A stretch of 64,000 nucleotides of DNA, from the NCBI GenBank assembly GCA_036676395.1, contig JAKFCY010000002.1:1664001-1728000 (forward strand), in the 5' to 3' direction. Positions 37,963 to 47,669 of this stretch are shown here, piece after piece. The stretch comes from Bdellovibrio sp. GTDB lineage: Bacteria > Bdellovibrionota > Bdellovibrionia > Bdellovibrionales > Bdellovibrionaceae. How positions within the stretch are numbered: position 1 is the stretch's first letter; the number at the start of each line of letters is the position of its first letter. The notes below the pieces were generated by a model. That model was not told the DNA's origin. It was given only the letters and a program-made list of their open reading frames with translations, and did not search any database. The position numbers and the translations under genes were made by a program.

Positions 37963-38742
37963 TTAATTATGAACTTGTGACTGTACGCCGTATTTTTCGC
38001 CAGGCCCGATTGTGGTCTTTGGCAAGACTGCAGAATTTGGCAGAATCGTGGCTCTTTCTTCGATGGTCACACCACCTAAAAGTTTTGCCCCCAGACCAAC
38101 CATCACGCCTTTTTTAAGATGCAATTTATCAATGACTAAATAACCCTTCATTCCGTAATGGGCCATCATAAATGCCGAGCCCCCGATAGTTACGTAATCA
38201 TCTAATTGAATCAGACATGGATCAGAAATATTTGATGTGTTAATGACGACGTTTTTACCGATCTTCATACCCATCATTTTAAAAAATAAAATATTTAATG
38301 GCGACGGCGTTAAAAATTCTAAGATCGTGTAACGAACAAGATAAGTTAAAGCATTGTGATAATACCAAGGAATCGATTCTAACGAATACCAAGCCCCACG
38401 GTACGGACGCACAAATGGAAGCAGCGGCAAATTAAAAAGTGGTACGATAAAGATTAACGACAAAATAAATGAAATAAAACCTGCACCGGCACACATGCCG
38501 TAGCACAGTGATTTAACAAAAAGCGAATAACCTTCTACCCAAATATTAACCTGCTGAAATAGATAAATAGCTGGTGTGATCGAGAAACCTAAAATCATCA
38601 CATACAGCACAACTAACGGTAATAAAAACAGAATAAAGGCGACGGTTGAAAACTGACGAATCAGGTTCTCTAGTAAGGCCATGGGGCCCTTTTTGATAGA
38701 TCGTGAAGAATTTATATCGGTATCGGCCGCTTTATTACTCAT
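37963..38742 (-). CDS. Membrane-anchored hexapeptide-repeat acyltransferase-like protein
   Basis: TM helices then MGMKIGKNVVIN, LDDYVTIG, VMVGLGAKLLGGVTIE; start MSNK at 38742. Confidence 0.8.
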   Translation of the reverse strand: MSNKAADTDINSSRSIKKGPMALLENLIRQFSTVAFILFLLPLVVLYVMILGFSITPAIYLFQQVNIWVEGYSLFVKSLCYGMCAGAGFISFILSLIFIVPLFNLPLLPFVRPYRGAWYSLESIPWYYHNALTYLVRYTILEFLTPSPLNILFFKMMGMKIGKNVVINTSNISDPCLIQLDDYVTIGGSAFMMAHYGMKGYLVIDKLHLKKGVMVGLGAKLLGGVTIEERATILPNSAVLPKTTIGPGEKYGVQSQVHN

Positions 38743-38784
38743 ACAACAATGATCGGTTGATCCCTTGCATAAGTAAACACAAAA

Positions 38785-39372
38785 ATGATACCTATTTCTC
38801 CTATGAAAACTGATACAAATTCTTCTGATTCTGAAGCTCAAACAAATTCTGGTTGTACAACGGCTGGGTGTGCACACTGTGGCAAATCTAAATCGCCTTA
38901 CCAATGTGGAGTTTGTAACGATGCTTTATGTAAATCGTGTGTTCAGTTTATGCCAGACGGTGCTTTTCAATATTTAACTATCAGGCCACCAGAAATCAGC
39001 CACAACTGGTACTGCAGCGTGTGTTTTGATAACAACGTAGGCACTGCGCTTGCGACTTACGAAGATATCGCGGCTCGTGCCAGAACTATTTCGGTTTTCG
39101 ATATTAGCCAAGGCAAAGAAACCCGTTTTATTAAACGCTTAGAAAAGCCTATCGTAATTCCATCAGGCTTAGATGAGTTCGACATCACGATGCGCCTGGC
39201 TTACATAGCTGCAGAAAAAAACTGTAATGCGCTTGTTGACGTAAATATCAAAGCCGTTAAAGTGCGCGATGGTTCATACCAAACTACAGCTTACTCAGGC
39301 ACCGGAATCCCAACGATTGTTGATGATCGCAAGCTTATGAAAGATCGTTCTCTTTGGACTGACCCTAACTAG
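38785..39372 (+). CDS. Zinc-finger protein with YbjQ-like C-terminal domain
   Basis: CAHC, CGVC, CKSC, CSVC; LAYIAAEKNCNALVDV...YSGTG. Confidence 0.6.
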   Translation: MIPISPMKTDTNSSDSEAQTNSGCTTAGCAHCGKSKSPYQCGVCNDALCKSCVQFMPDGAFQYLTIRPPEISHNWYCSVCFDNNVGTALATYEDIAARARTISVFDISQGKETRFIKRLEKPIVIPSGLDEFDITMRLAYIAAEKNCNALVDVNIKAVKVRDGSYQTTAYSGTGIPTIVDDRKLMKDRSLWTDPN

Positions 39373-40529
39373 GTCAGTTTAGATAAATCAATGTGCGCTT
39401 CTTGGTATAACCCAAAACCAAAGCGCCAGCGAGCTCCGCGATAATCCGTTTGAATCCCCGCTTTATTAAATTCATCATGCAAGTTTTTAGTGATTTCAGA
39501 ATTACCTGTATCAAACGTTAAAAAATGCCCGTGATGATTCAAATCATGAACTAACAGATTTTTTTCGTTTAACCACTGGCTATGTTTAGGATGCGAAAAA
39601 CTTTGGATATCGTTTAAAAAGTTTTTCTGTAAATTTTGAACATGGCGGTGAATTTTTGCGACAGACAAATCGGCTTTTGCAAAAAGTGATAACGAAGCTT
39701 CAAGTCTATAAAGAGCTGAAAAATCCATTGTACTGCCCGCAAAACGGTAACCATCATCTGAATACACAACACGCGAACCAACATGGGCTAGCCCTGAAAA
39801 GCCCGCAAACCAGCCCGTGTTAGAGGGCTTAAGCTGAGTACCCTTGGGTACGGTCATAAAACAGCAGCCTTCACCGCCTTGGGCGTATTTGTACGAACCA
39901 GCGATATAAAAAATGCGATCTTCAATGCCTTGCAGGTCTGTCGGCAGTGCCATAAAAGCGTGATAACCATCAATGGCTATGACGGTCTCAGGATTTGTCA
40001 CTGCGCCAACTATTGAAATTAAGTCTTTAATCGCCACACCTGAATTAAAAAATACCTGACTGATAAAAACTAAATCCCATTGCTCAGTTTTTAAATGGTC
40101 TTTAAAGCGGGCTTCAAAAGTTGCAAAAGGATAAGTCGCAACTTTAACCACTTCAACAAATTCATCTTCGATCAAACGGTTAATTTGACGGTCGAAACTA
40201 TAAAACTCTGAATCGGTCGTTAAGATTCTGATTTTTTTATTCGGCTTAAAACAGCTTAAAAGTCTGGTCACAAATTCATGGGTGTTTGGGGCAAAAACGA
40301 TTTGTTCTGCGTGGGATAAATTTAACACATCAGCAATCAGTCTTTGCACGCTTGGTATTTTAACGCCAAATATATGCGCCCATTTATCATCAACAAATTT
40401 CGCCGAATCATCCCAATAATCTAACATCGCTTTGCGAGTCACATCGGGCCAATAGTGATGGCTGTGACTTGCGTAGTGTTGTACACCCTTATTAGCTTCT
40501 AAAAAAAGTTGATAATGCTTTTTATACAT
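39369..40529 (-). CDS. Class V PLP enzyme, kynureninase-like
   Basis: SQVFFNSG, IDGYH, AGSYKYAQGGEG, TGWFA, DYRG..WRFG; coupled to kynA. Confidence 0.75.
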   Translation of the reverse strand: MYKKHYQLFLEANKGVQHYASHSHHYWPDVTRKAMLDYWDDSAKFVDDKWAHIFGVKIPSVQRLIADVLNLSHAEQIVFAPNTHEFVTRLLSCFKPNKKIRILTTDSEFYSFDRQINRLIEDEFVEVVKVATYPFATFEARFKDHLKTEQWDLVFISQVFFNSGVAIKDLISIVGAVTNPETVIAIDGYHAFMALPTDLQGIEDRIFYIAGSYKYAQGGEGCCFMTVPKGTQLKPSNTGWFAGFSGLAHVGSRVVYSDDGYRFAGSTMDFSALYRLEASLSLFAKADLSVAKIHRHVQNLQKNFLNDIQSFSHPKHSQWLNEKNLLVHDLNHHGHFLTFDTGNSEITKNLHDEFNKAGIQTDYRGARWRFGFGLYQEAHIDLSKLT

Positions 40530-41622
40530 TAAAGTTTAATTGTTTTTTAATTTCTGACGGAATTTTTGGTAAACGTGAACGCGGAATTAAATATGTCGAT
40601 AAATTAAAAAGATCGACGAATACGCGGTTATTATCGGCAGCTTTTTTTAAGTACGTGTGACCTGATGAGCCACCCGTTCCAATTTTAGAGCCCAACATAC
40701 GCTGTGCTAAAAGCATGTGACGGTAACGCCAAGTTGTGAAATTTTCGTCGATATCCATTAAGATAGTCATCATTTGAAACGGCATAGATAACATCGGCTC
40801 ATCACGGTAAAGCATAATGAATAAAGCGTTTAACATCGCTTTTTGCGAAAGTTTACGTTGGCCCGCTTCAACCACTTTTTTGTGCGCTTCTTCGTTAAAT
40901 AAATTATCAAAAGAGGCTTGTGTCGTTTTTAGATTTTCTAACTGACCTTGTTTATCTTTATCAGAAAGCCCAGCAGCATTGGCCTCGATGGTCGCTTTAT
41001 CTTCAGCTAACATATTGGTAATCGTATTTTGGTATTCAGTCCAAAAATTGAAATTCTCTTTATTAGTAAATGGAGTACGCTCTAACCACTTCTCTAAAAG
41101 GCGAAGCATTGAAGGGACTGATTCCAGATTTGATAGACGTTTACGGTCGGCTTCGTTTAAACGGCCCAAGAAGAATTCACGATCGATGCCTTCACGGTCT
41201 ACGGTATTTAAGCCTAACTTAATTTCGATTTCACGAAACTGTGTACTTTGAAAACCTGAAGCCGGAGATAACAAACTACGAAATTCAAGAAAATCCATCG
41301 GTGTCATAGTTTCTAAGATTTCGAAGTTGTTTTGAAAGCCAGCTTGGATTTTGCGGATACGATCTAAGCGTTGATTGATGTAACTAAAGTCACCCTCTTC
41401 AACAGCTGGTTTTTTGAAAGTGGCAATGACAGCATCTAGATCATGAAGGATTTGTTTGAACCATAACTCATAGGCTTGGTGAACAACAATAAAAAGTGTC
41501 TCGTCATGCGCTTCAGGATCTTCTTTTGTAGCAAATTTTTTACTTAAAGGTTCCTGGCAAGACAGAAATTTTTCTAACATTAAATAATCGTTGTAGTACA
41601 CCGGGCCTTGGTTCTTATGCAT
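40522..41622 (-). CDS. kynA: Tryptophan 2,3-dioxygenase
   Basis: HDETLFIVVHQAYELWFKQ, PASGFQSTQFR, WRYRH, GTGGSSG. Confidence 0.95.
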   Translation of the reverse strand: MHKNQGPVYYNDYLMLEKFLSCQEPLSKKFATKEDPEAHDETLFIVVHQAYELWFKQILHDLDAVIATFKKPAVEEGDFSYINQRLDRIRKIQAGFQNNFEILETMTPMDFLEFRSLLSPASGFQSTQFREIEIKLGLNTVDREGIDREFFLGRLNEADRKRLSNLESVPSMLRLLEKWLERTPFTNKENFNFWTEYQNTITNMLAEDKATIEANAAGLSDKDKQGQLENLKTTQASFDNLFNEEAHKKVVEAGQRKLSQKAMLNALFIMLYRDEPMLSMPFQMMTILMDIDENFTTWRYRHMLLAQRMLGSKIGTGGSSGHTYLKKAADNNRVFVDLFNLSTYLIPRSRLPKIPSEIKKQLNFNV

Positions 41623-41645
41623 AGAGTATCCTTTTTTAAAAAATT

Positions 41646-42611
41646 CTAGGGTATTTCATTTAATAAGGCCATCTGAAACTTGGTGCGTCCTTTAAGCGCC
41701 GGGCTATAAACTGCCTGTTTAAATAGACTCTCAATAGCTAACTTGTAGGTTGCTGGCTTTTTATCAGCAATCACTGCGGCCAAATGCCCTGTGACGAAGG
41801 CCGTGGCTTGCGAAGTGCCACTTTGAAAACCGTAGCGATTTTTAGGCAGTGTTGAATAAATTAATTTTCCCGGCGCTGCAATATCAACAGTGTTCTTTCC
41901 GTAATTACTAAAGCTGGTTAAACCACCATCTTTTTGCAACGCCGCAACCGAGATCATATTATCTAATCTATAGCTTGCGGGGTAATACCTGACCACATCG
42001 GTGTCTTCTTGTTCATTACCCGCAGCAACCACCATCATGATTCCAAGTTTCCTGGCATTTTGAATGGCTTGTAGTTCGTAAAATTCTGGCAGCGCCCCGC
42101 CGGCAGAGTAATTCACGATATGCGCCTTCATACGTGTCGCATAATGAATGGCCTTAATGGTGTTGATGATATTAATTTGATTGCTGACTTTCGGGCTATA
42201 ATATTTAACGGCCATCATTTGCAACCCAGTTTCGCCATGCTTTTTTTGCGAATACTGAGTGTTAATGATTCCCGCGATATGAGTTCCGTGCCCCTCAAGA
42301 TCCATAACCTGGTTATTATTATCGACGAAGTTCCATCCGTGGATGTCATCGGCATATCCGTTACCATCATCGTCAATTCCATTAGTTGATTTATTTTTAC
42401 CGTATTTATCTGTTCCGGTTTCGCCGGCATTTATCCAGATCGATTTTTTTAAGTCTTTGTGTTCAGTATCAATCCCCGTATCGATAACTGCGACAATGAC
42501 ATTTTCATTTAATGCTTTTGCGCTGGTAGTGAGTAAACACACCATCATAAAGCTTGTGCTGATAAAAAGTGACTTAGATAAAGCTCTGCCCGTAATGAAT
42601 TTTGCGTTCAT
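41646..42611 (-). CDS. S8 subtilisin-like serine protease, exported
   Basis: VAVIDTG, GHGTHIAG, AAGN, SGTSQATA. Confidence 0.93.
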   Translation of the reverse strand: MNAKFITGRALSKSLFISTSFMMVCLLTTSAKALNENVIVAVIDTGIDTEHKDLKKSIWINAGETGTDKYGKNKSTNGIDDDGNGYADDIHGWNFVDNNNQVMDLEGHGTHIAGIINTQYSQKKHGETGLQMMAVKYYSPKVSNQINIINTIKAIHYATRMKAHIVNYSAGGALPEFYELQAIQNARKLGIMMVVAAGNEQEDTDVVRYYPASYRLDNMISVAALQKDGGLTSFSNYGKNTVDIAAPGKLIYSTLPKNRYGFQSGTSQATAFVTGHLAAVIADKKPATYKLAIESLFKQAVYSPALKGRTKFQMALLNEIP

Positions 42612-42677
42612 TAATTCCCCCTTGTACAATTTGTTTTGTTTGTTTTTTTAGACAGTTACGTCTTAAGAATATAACAA

Positions 42678-42693
42678 AGCAATGCGGGGGCCA
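42678..42693 (-). promoter_or_regulatory. Putative sigma54 promoter of the subtilase
   Basis: TGGCCCCCGCATTGCT, GG-N10-GC. Confidence 0.6.
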
Positions 42694-42801
42694 GCGCGGC
42701 TATAGCGTATAAGAGAGCTTACAACTGTCTAAGGTGTAACCTGTATAGAAATCTTTAGACAGTGTTATGGAATGTACTGTTAGAAAGCTAACACGTGTGC
42801 T

Positions 42802-43941
42802 TTACGCTACACGTGCGGGTTTGACTGAATTAGATGGCGCAACCGTGTATTGATTGCGGCCAGAGTTTTTAGACTTATATAAAGCAGTGTCTGAGCGCTT
42901 AACCCAGTCAGAGGCGCTTTCACCCTGTAAGAGCTGGGCTATGCCCATAGACACAGTAAAGCGCACGACTGATTCACCGTGCACGAACACTTCAGAACGA
43001 ATACGCTTTTGTACCTCTTCAGCGCGAATCAAAGCATGCTCGATGGCATGGTTTGGCAGAATCACAACGAATTCTTCGCCGCCAATGCGCGACACCATTT
43101 CTGAGTCTTTATGAAATACTGATTTTAAAATACGAACACATTCTTTTAAAACGAAATCACCAATATCATGGCCATAAGTATCATTAATCTTTTTGAAAAA
43201 ATCGATATCCATGATGATAAGACTTACCTGCAGTGGATTCATGTTATTTAGATGCACGTACTTTCTAACAGTGTCATCAAAGCTCTTACGGTTGTGGGCT
43301 CCAGTTAAGTGATCCAGATTCAATGAAGTATTGGCTTCTAACAATTGCTTTTTGACCGTGTCTAAATTCTTTTTCACCGATGTCAGACGTCTTTGACGTG
43401 TTTCGTTTTTGGCGTTTTGGTGTTCAACGTATAAATTAATAAACTGACGCGATTTTTTACGAAGTGTCTCAAGCGAGTTGGCTTCAACTGCTTCTTTTAA
43501 ATCTTGCAGATGCACGGCTAACTGATCATCTTTAGCAGAGTCATCGTGTATGTCTTCAGACAACTGATCAGCTAAATCCCAAACAATACGTTTAAAGTCA
43601 TCGAAGGTATGCTGAATATAAGTTGATTCATCAACGCGGTAACTGGCAAAGAATAATCTGATTTCAGATAAAGTTTTTTCTACATTTTTTGAATCGGCAT
43701 CGACAAGGCCTTTTGCCATCATGTCTAATTTTTCGCGCACTTTTCTGACCGAGTGTTTTTCCATATCGAAAAGATGTTTATTAAAGACATCCATGATGTA
43801 AAGTAGCGTAGCTTTTTCTTCGGTGATGACCGGCATTTTTTTCGTCGGCGCAGAATCAACGCTAATCGAATCTGAATCTGCAAATGAGATATCCAACTGC
43901 TGTAATAATTTAACAACCCATTGTTTCAATGAAGCCTCCAC
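42802..43941 (-). CDS. Diguanylate cyclase (GGDEF) with coiled-coil N-terminus
   Basis: DHLTGAHNR, DIDFFKKINDTYGHDIGD, RIGGEEF, LYKSKNSGRN. Confidence 0.95.
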   Translation of the reverse strand: MEASLKQWVVKLLQQLDISFADSDSISVDSAPTKKMPVITEEKATLLYIMDVFNKHLFDMEKHSVRKVREKLDMMAKGLVDADSKNVEKTLSEIRLFFASYRVDESTYIQHTFDDFKRIVWDLADQLSEDIHDDSAKDDQLAVHLQDLKEAVEANSLETLRKKSRQFINLYVEHQNAKNETRQRRLTSVKKNLDTVKKQLLEANTSLNLDHLTGAHNRKSFDDTVRKYVHLNNMNPLQVSLIIMDIDFFKKINDTYGHDIGDFVLKECVRILKSVFHKDSEMVSRIGGEEFVVILPNHAIEHALIRAEEVQKRIRSEVFVHGESVVRFTVSMGIAQLLQGESASDWVKRSDTALYKSKNSGRNQYTVAPSNSVKPARVA

Positions 43942-43952
43942 TATCAGTATTC

Positions 43953-43980
43953 TTTTCGGCTTTTTGCTTTCGAATTTTTA
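43953..43980 (-). promoter_or_regulatory. Putative sigma28 promoter of the diguanylate cyclase
   Basis: TAAA-N16-GCCGAAAA on the minus strand. Confidence 0.55.
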
Positions 43981-44046
43981 TGTTTTTTTTAAGCTTACGC
44001 GTCCCAATATGAAACAAGACTAGGCGTTTATGTTGTTTACTAACAA

Positions 44047-45288
44047 CTAGTTAAACAATAGTTTGCAAGATCCAGCACCGCCGTGGACAGCTTCGTCGCC
44101 ACCACGCAGGCGCGTCGTAACTTCGTTAACCAGAGTTTCAAGCTTACGTTGATTTTTAAAAAGGATATTTGTCGCACGATTTGCTTCAAGCCACTGAATA
44201 ACCTTATTAGATTTAATTAACGCCAATAACCCTATCGCTCCGCTTGCCACAATTGCAACAATCGGAGAATATCCATACACACCAGGCTGAAGCACCATTC
44301 CCATGCTGGCAAGCTGGCTCATCACAATATTTCTGACGTCAGATAATCGTTTTAAAGCATTTTTAGCCACCGGGTTTTTTTCAGCATCGGCAGCAGCTAA
44401 TAGCTCACCCCAGGCAAAACTTGCCAGAGTCGTGATCACTGCCACTTTGAGCGATGTTGCCCAGAAAGGGGCACTCATCATATTCGTAGCTAAGTCATGA
44501 AAAGACATAATCGAACCGCGCAAAACTTGAAAGCCTACACTGAAAGTTAGATTTGCTAAAAATTGTGAAGCTAAAACTTTACGTGCATACGTTGCTGATG
44601 TTTCTGTAACGTTAAAAACTCTATTCGATAATTTATCCAACGTTTTCATGATGCGGTGACGAAGAGGCACCGTCATCTTTGTCCACATATCGCGGTCTAA
44701 TGCGAAAGCGGCGGCAAAAATCACATTCATCATCACCATCGCTGATTTTTGATAAACATCCATCGATCCAGAGTTGATCCAAATAAATGAATCAAAAGAA
44801 GTTGTGATGATCACAATCGAAAGCCCAAGTTTATCATACTTAACCGAATGCGTAACATTATGTTTATAATCCGCCCAGCCCGATGCTAATTTTTCTCGGC
44901 TAGAGGCTAATTTTCCGGTCGGCATAAAACGAAACATACGGTCAGAACTTTTTTCAGTTTTCTGAATAGTCTCGGCTACAGTTTCATAAATTTCTGGCGT
45001 GTCTGTAGATAAAAGAATGTCAGCATTGCGTGTTTCTTCGCGCTGAAGTATTTCACTGATTTGCGAGGGATGTTCGATCGGAACTTCGGTGTATGAAAAT
45101 TGAGATTTACCTTGCGGGCCGTTGATATCCATCACTAAAGTTGCGGCATCTTTTGATTTTGAATCTAGATCTTCGGCGGCAGCTACGGCGCGGTGATGGT
45201 ACGGCAAATCCTGTGGTGTCGCTAATAGCGATACCACTTGGAAATAGACTAATATAAATGCCAAGACCGACTTTTTAAAACTCATCAA
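44047..45288 (-). CDS. Hypothetical multi-pass membrane protein with signal peptide
   Basis: N-terminal signal, several hydrophobic helices, ends SCKLLFN. Confidence 0.7.
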   Translation of the reverse strand: MMSFKKSVLAFILVYFQVVSLLATPQDLPYHHRAVAAAEDLDSKSKDAATLVMDINGPQGKSQFSYTEVPIEHPSQISEILQREETRNADILLSTDTPEIYETVAETIQKTEKSSDRMFRFMPTGKLASSREKLASGWADYKHNVTHSVKYDKLGLSIVIITTSFDSFIWINSGSMDVYQKSAMVMMNVIFAAAFALDRDMWTKMTVPLRHRIMKTLDKLSNRVFNVTETSATYARKVLASQFLANLTFSVGFQVLRGSIMSFHDLATNMMSAPFWATSLKVAVITTLASFAWGELLAAADAEKNPVAKNALKRLSDVRNIVMSQLASMGMVLQPGVYGYSPIVAIVASGAIGLLALIKSNKVIQWLEANRATNILFKNQRKLETLVNEVTTRLRGGDEAVHGGAGSCKLLFN

Positions 45289-45518
45289 CGTTCCTTCGCC
45301 TTTCCAGTTTTTTGAAAGTGCAGGGCTTGGACCGCTTTTTAACAGCTCTAAACCAATCTATTGCTTTTAATCGCGAGTTTTTCGTTAATGGCCGCAAATT
45401 AGCCGACGCCGTCTAATTATAAGACACTGTCGCTAAAATAAAATTTATAAGTGCGAAATTGCCACTGGCTCTTTTCAGTCGGCCTTGATAAAACCCTCCT
45501 CAATCAGGGGAGTTTTTT

Positions 45519-45833
45519 ATGAAACAAATCTTAGTTATCTTATCGACGGTATTATTATCATCTTTTGCGTTCTCGGCTGAAGAGCCACCTATCCAAGTGG
45601 TTTGCGTAGCTGAAGCAGTTAAAGCTGCAGAAGCGTTATTTACCTTAAACAACAAAACAACTGAATTCACTTCGACAGTTGAACTTGTTGATATTGCTCA
45701 TGTTCAAGAAGGTGGCTACGAAGTCTATGACGTGATCTTTACTTCTAAAGGAGTGCAACACTCACCTTACCGCGTGACTACAAACATCGACGCCTGTCTT
45801 ATTATTAATTTCGAAATGCCATTTTCTGGTTAA
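45519..45833 (+). CDS. Small exported hypothetical protein
   Basis: AFS-A signal peptide, GGGAG SD, two Cys. Confidence 0.75.
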   Translation: MKQILVILSTVLLSSFAFSAEEPPIQVVCVAEAVKAAEALFTLNNKTTEFTSTVELVDIAHVQEGGYEVYDVIFTSKGVQHSPYRVTTNIDACLIINFEMPFSG

Positions 45834-45845
45834 TTTTATTTTTAG

Positions 45846-45877
45846 ATTAATAGCTCTAATTTTTTAGAGCTATTAAT
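45846..45877. terminator. 14-bp inverted repeat, probable terminator
   Basis: ATTAATAGCTCTAA-TTTT-TTAGAGCTATTAAT. Confidence 0.6.
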
Positions 45878-45917
45878 TGTTCTCGACATCTCTTGCGCCC
45901 CGCTTCAAAATATATCT

Positions 45918-46436
45918 ATGGCGCTTTCAACTTTAAAAGAATCATTTAAATCTAAAAGTTTTCGTATCGGTATGAACTGGTACCCGATGTTTTTCGCAAC
46001 GGGAGCTAAAGTTTTATTTTGGTCAGGCGACTGGAGCGAAGTTAAACTTCGCCTGACTTTAAATATCTGGACACGCAATTATGTAAAAACGATTTTTGGC
46101 GGCAGCATGTTTTCAGCGACTGATCCGTTTTATGTGATTATGTTTATGCACATGTTAGGTAAAGACTATGTTGTCTGGGATAAATCAGCTTCGATCAAAT
46201 TTAAGCGCCCAGCAAAAGATCCGCTGTATGCCCTGTTTAAAATTACTCCTGAAATTTTAGAAAAAGTAAAAGCCGAAGTTAAAGCCGGCTATGAAACAAC
46301 TTATATTGCGCATATTCAATGGCTTGATAAAAAACAAAATGTATACGCAGAGCTTGAACGCACAATTTATATAGCCGATAAAAAATTCTATAAAGAAAAA
46401 TTAGAAAAAAGAAAACTGGCCAAAAAGGGCTCTTAA
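45918..46436 (+). CDS. Hot-dog fold protein (DUF4442 family)
   Basis: NWYPMFFATG, RNYVKTIFGGSMFSATDP, VWDKSASIKFKRP. Confidence 0.85.
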   Translation: MALSTLKESFKSKSFRIGMNWYPMFFATGAKVLFWSGDWSEVKLRLTLNIWTRNYVKTIFGGSMFSATDPFYVIMFMHMLGKDYVVWDKSASIKFKRPAKDPLYALFKITPEILEKVKAEVKAGYETTYIAHIQWLDKKQNVYAELERTIYIADKKFYKEKLEKRKLAKKGS

Positions 46437-46894
46437 AGCCCTTTGGCGAAATCCACATTCGTTAGATCGATACTGCAACTTGTAACATTCAAATAAAAAT
46501 ACTTTTCAACCCACTTATCAGCTTGCGGGTCATAGTATTTTTTAAAGCGACGAAGATAACCAACCCCTGATTCGCGGTGCCATTTCATCATACCCATGCC
46601 TTTTTTACCGTTACGGTATTTCAGCCACTGAATGCCTTCATCTGACCACGGCCAAATATATGTTCTAACCATATCAATTTGCGATTCGGTTTGTTCAGTT
46701 ACTTTCTTACAAGACTCGCTGAAGAATTCAAAACTCAGTAAACGGTCATCACCTGTTACATTCGTATTTTGATAAACGCTTACAATACCTGGCTGCTTTG
46801 ACTCTTCGCTCTGATAGCGACAAGAGCCTAGGTATTCATGTGTGGTTGGGCTTTGAGAAAAACATTGAAACAAGATTGGTAATAAAATATTCAT
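46433..46894 (-). CDS. Hypothetical protein
   Basis: 153-aa ORF, ATGA overlap with the rhomboid gene. Confidence 0.6.
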   Translation of the reverse strand: MNILLPILFQCFSQSPTTHEYLGSCRYQSEESKQPGIVSVYQNTNVTGDDRLLSFEFFSESCKKVTEQTESQIDMVRTYIWPWSDEGIQWLKYRNGKKGMGMMKWHRESGVGYLRRFKKYYDPQADKWVEKYFYLNVTSCSIDLTNVDFAKGL

Positions 46895-47556
46895 GCATCG
46901 AATTCTAGTTCCTGTTCAATAACTTCTGCAGCTAAAAAGTTTTTTCGATGAAGCGCATAATAAATCAACCCAGTGATGATTCCTAAGCCAAAACCGATCA
47001 CATGACTGATGTAACTAATACCCTCTTTGTACTCTTGCGGCGCGAATAAAACAAAGCTTGAAAGTATGCTTACCGCAAACCGTTTACGTAAACTTGATCG
47101 GCGATCGATTAAGAAAAAAAGTGTTAACCACAGTGAACCCATCCAGTTCACCAAACCAGAAATGCCTAAAAGTTGAGTCTGCATGGGCATCGTCAGTAAC
47201 GTTAGAGCATTAATAACTCCACCTAATAAAAATCCCAACATTGGAAAAAGTGAAACACTAAAATAGCCGGTCAGCAAAAATGCAAACGGCACAAATAAAA
47301 ATAAATTTCCGAAAAGATGACCAAGATCACCGTGAGCAAAAAGTGCTGACCATAACCGCCAATACTCTTTTTGCGAAAAGACTAATTCGCGTGAAGCAGA
47401 AAAACTTAACTGACTTGAGCTCCAGTCGATCAGACACAGCCCTAAAACTAAGATCAGTAAAAGCCCCGTCGCCATAAAGCTAAGGGGGTGTACTTTACGA
47501 GTGTACCAATTAGCAATTATGCGGGGAGGTTCAACCTTGTAGGCTGCGTTTTCCAT
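46891..47556 (-). CDS. Rhomboid intramembrane serine protease
   Basis: WRLWSALFAHGDLGHLFGN, GISG (catalytic Ser), SHVIGFGLG. Confidence 0.9.
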   Translation of the reverse strand: MENAAYKVEPPRIIANWYTRKVHPLSFMATGLLLILVLGLCLIDWSSSQLSFSASRELVFSQKEYWRLWSALFAHGDLGHLFGNLFLFVPFAFLLTGYFSVSLFPMLGFLLGGVINALTLLTMPMQTQLLGISGLVNWMGSLWLTLFFLIDRRSSLRKRFAVSILSSFVLFAPQEYKEGISYISHVIGFGLGIITGLIYYALHRKNFLAAEVIEQELEFDA

Positions 47557-47600
47557 AGTTTAAAGATGAGACGTTTTAAACTCTTGGCAAGGCTTGATGT

Positions 47601-47616
47601 TGGCGCCCAGGTTGCT
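47601..47616 (+). promoter_or_regulatory. Putative sigma54 promoter of the kinase-like gene
   Basis: TGGCGCCCAGGTTGCT, GG-N10-GC. Confidence 0.6.
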
Positions 47617-47669
47617 TTTATCTAAAAGCAGCGGCACAGAAGAATTAAAGCCCTATAAGGAGTTATGCT

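Noticed and set aside
38743..38904. Cys/Arg-rich N-terminal extension of the acyltransferase ORF
   Set aside because: Mostly the reverse complement of the divergent zinc-finger gene; real start is likely 38742
2402..46436. Four hot-dog proteins plus fadD as a dedicated pathway cluster
   Set aside because: Dispersed over more than 40 kb in separate transcription units
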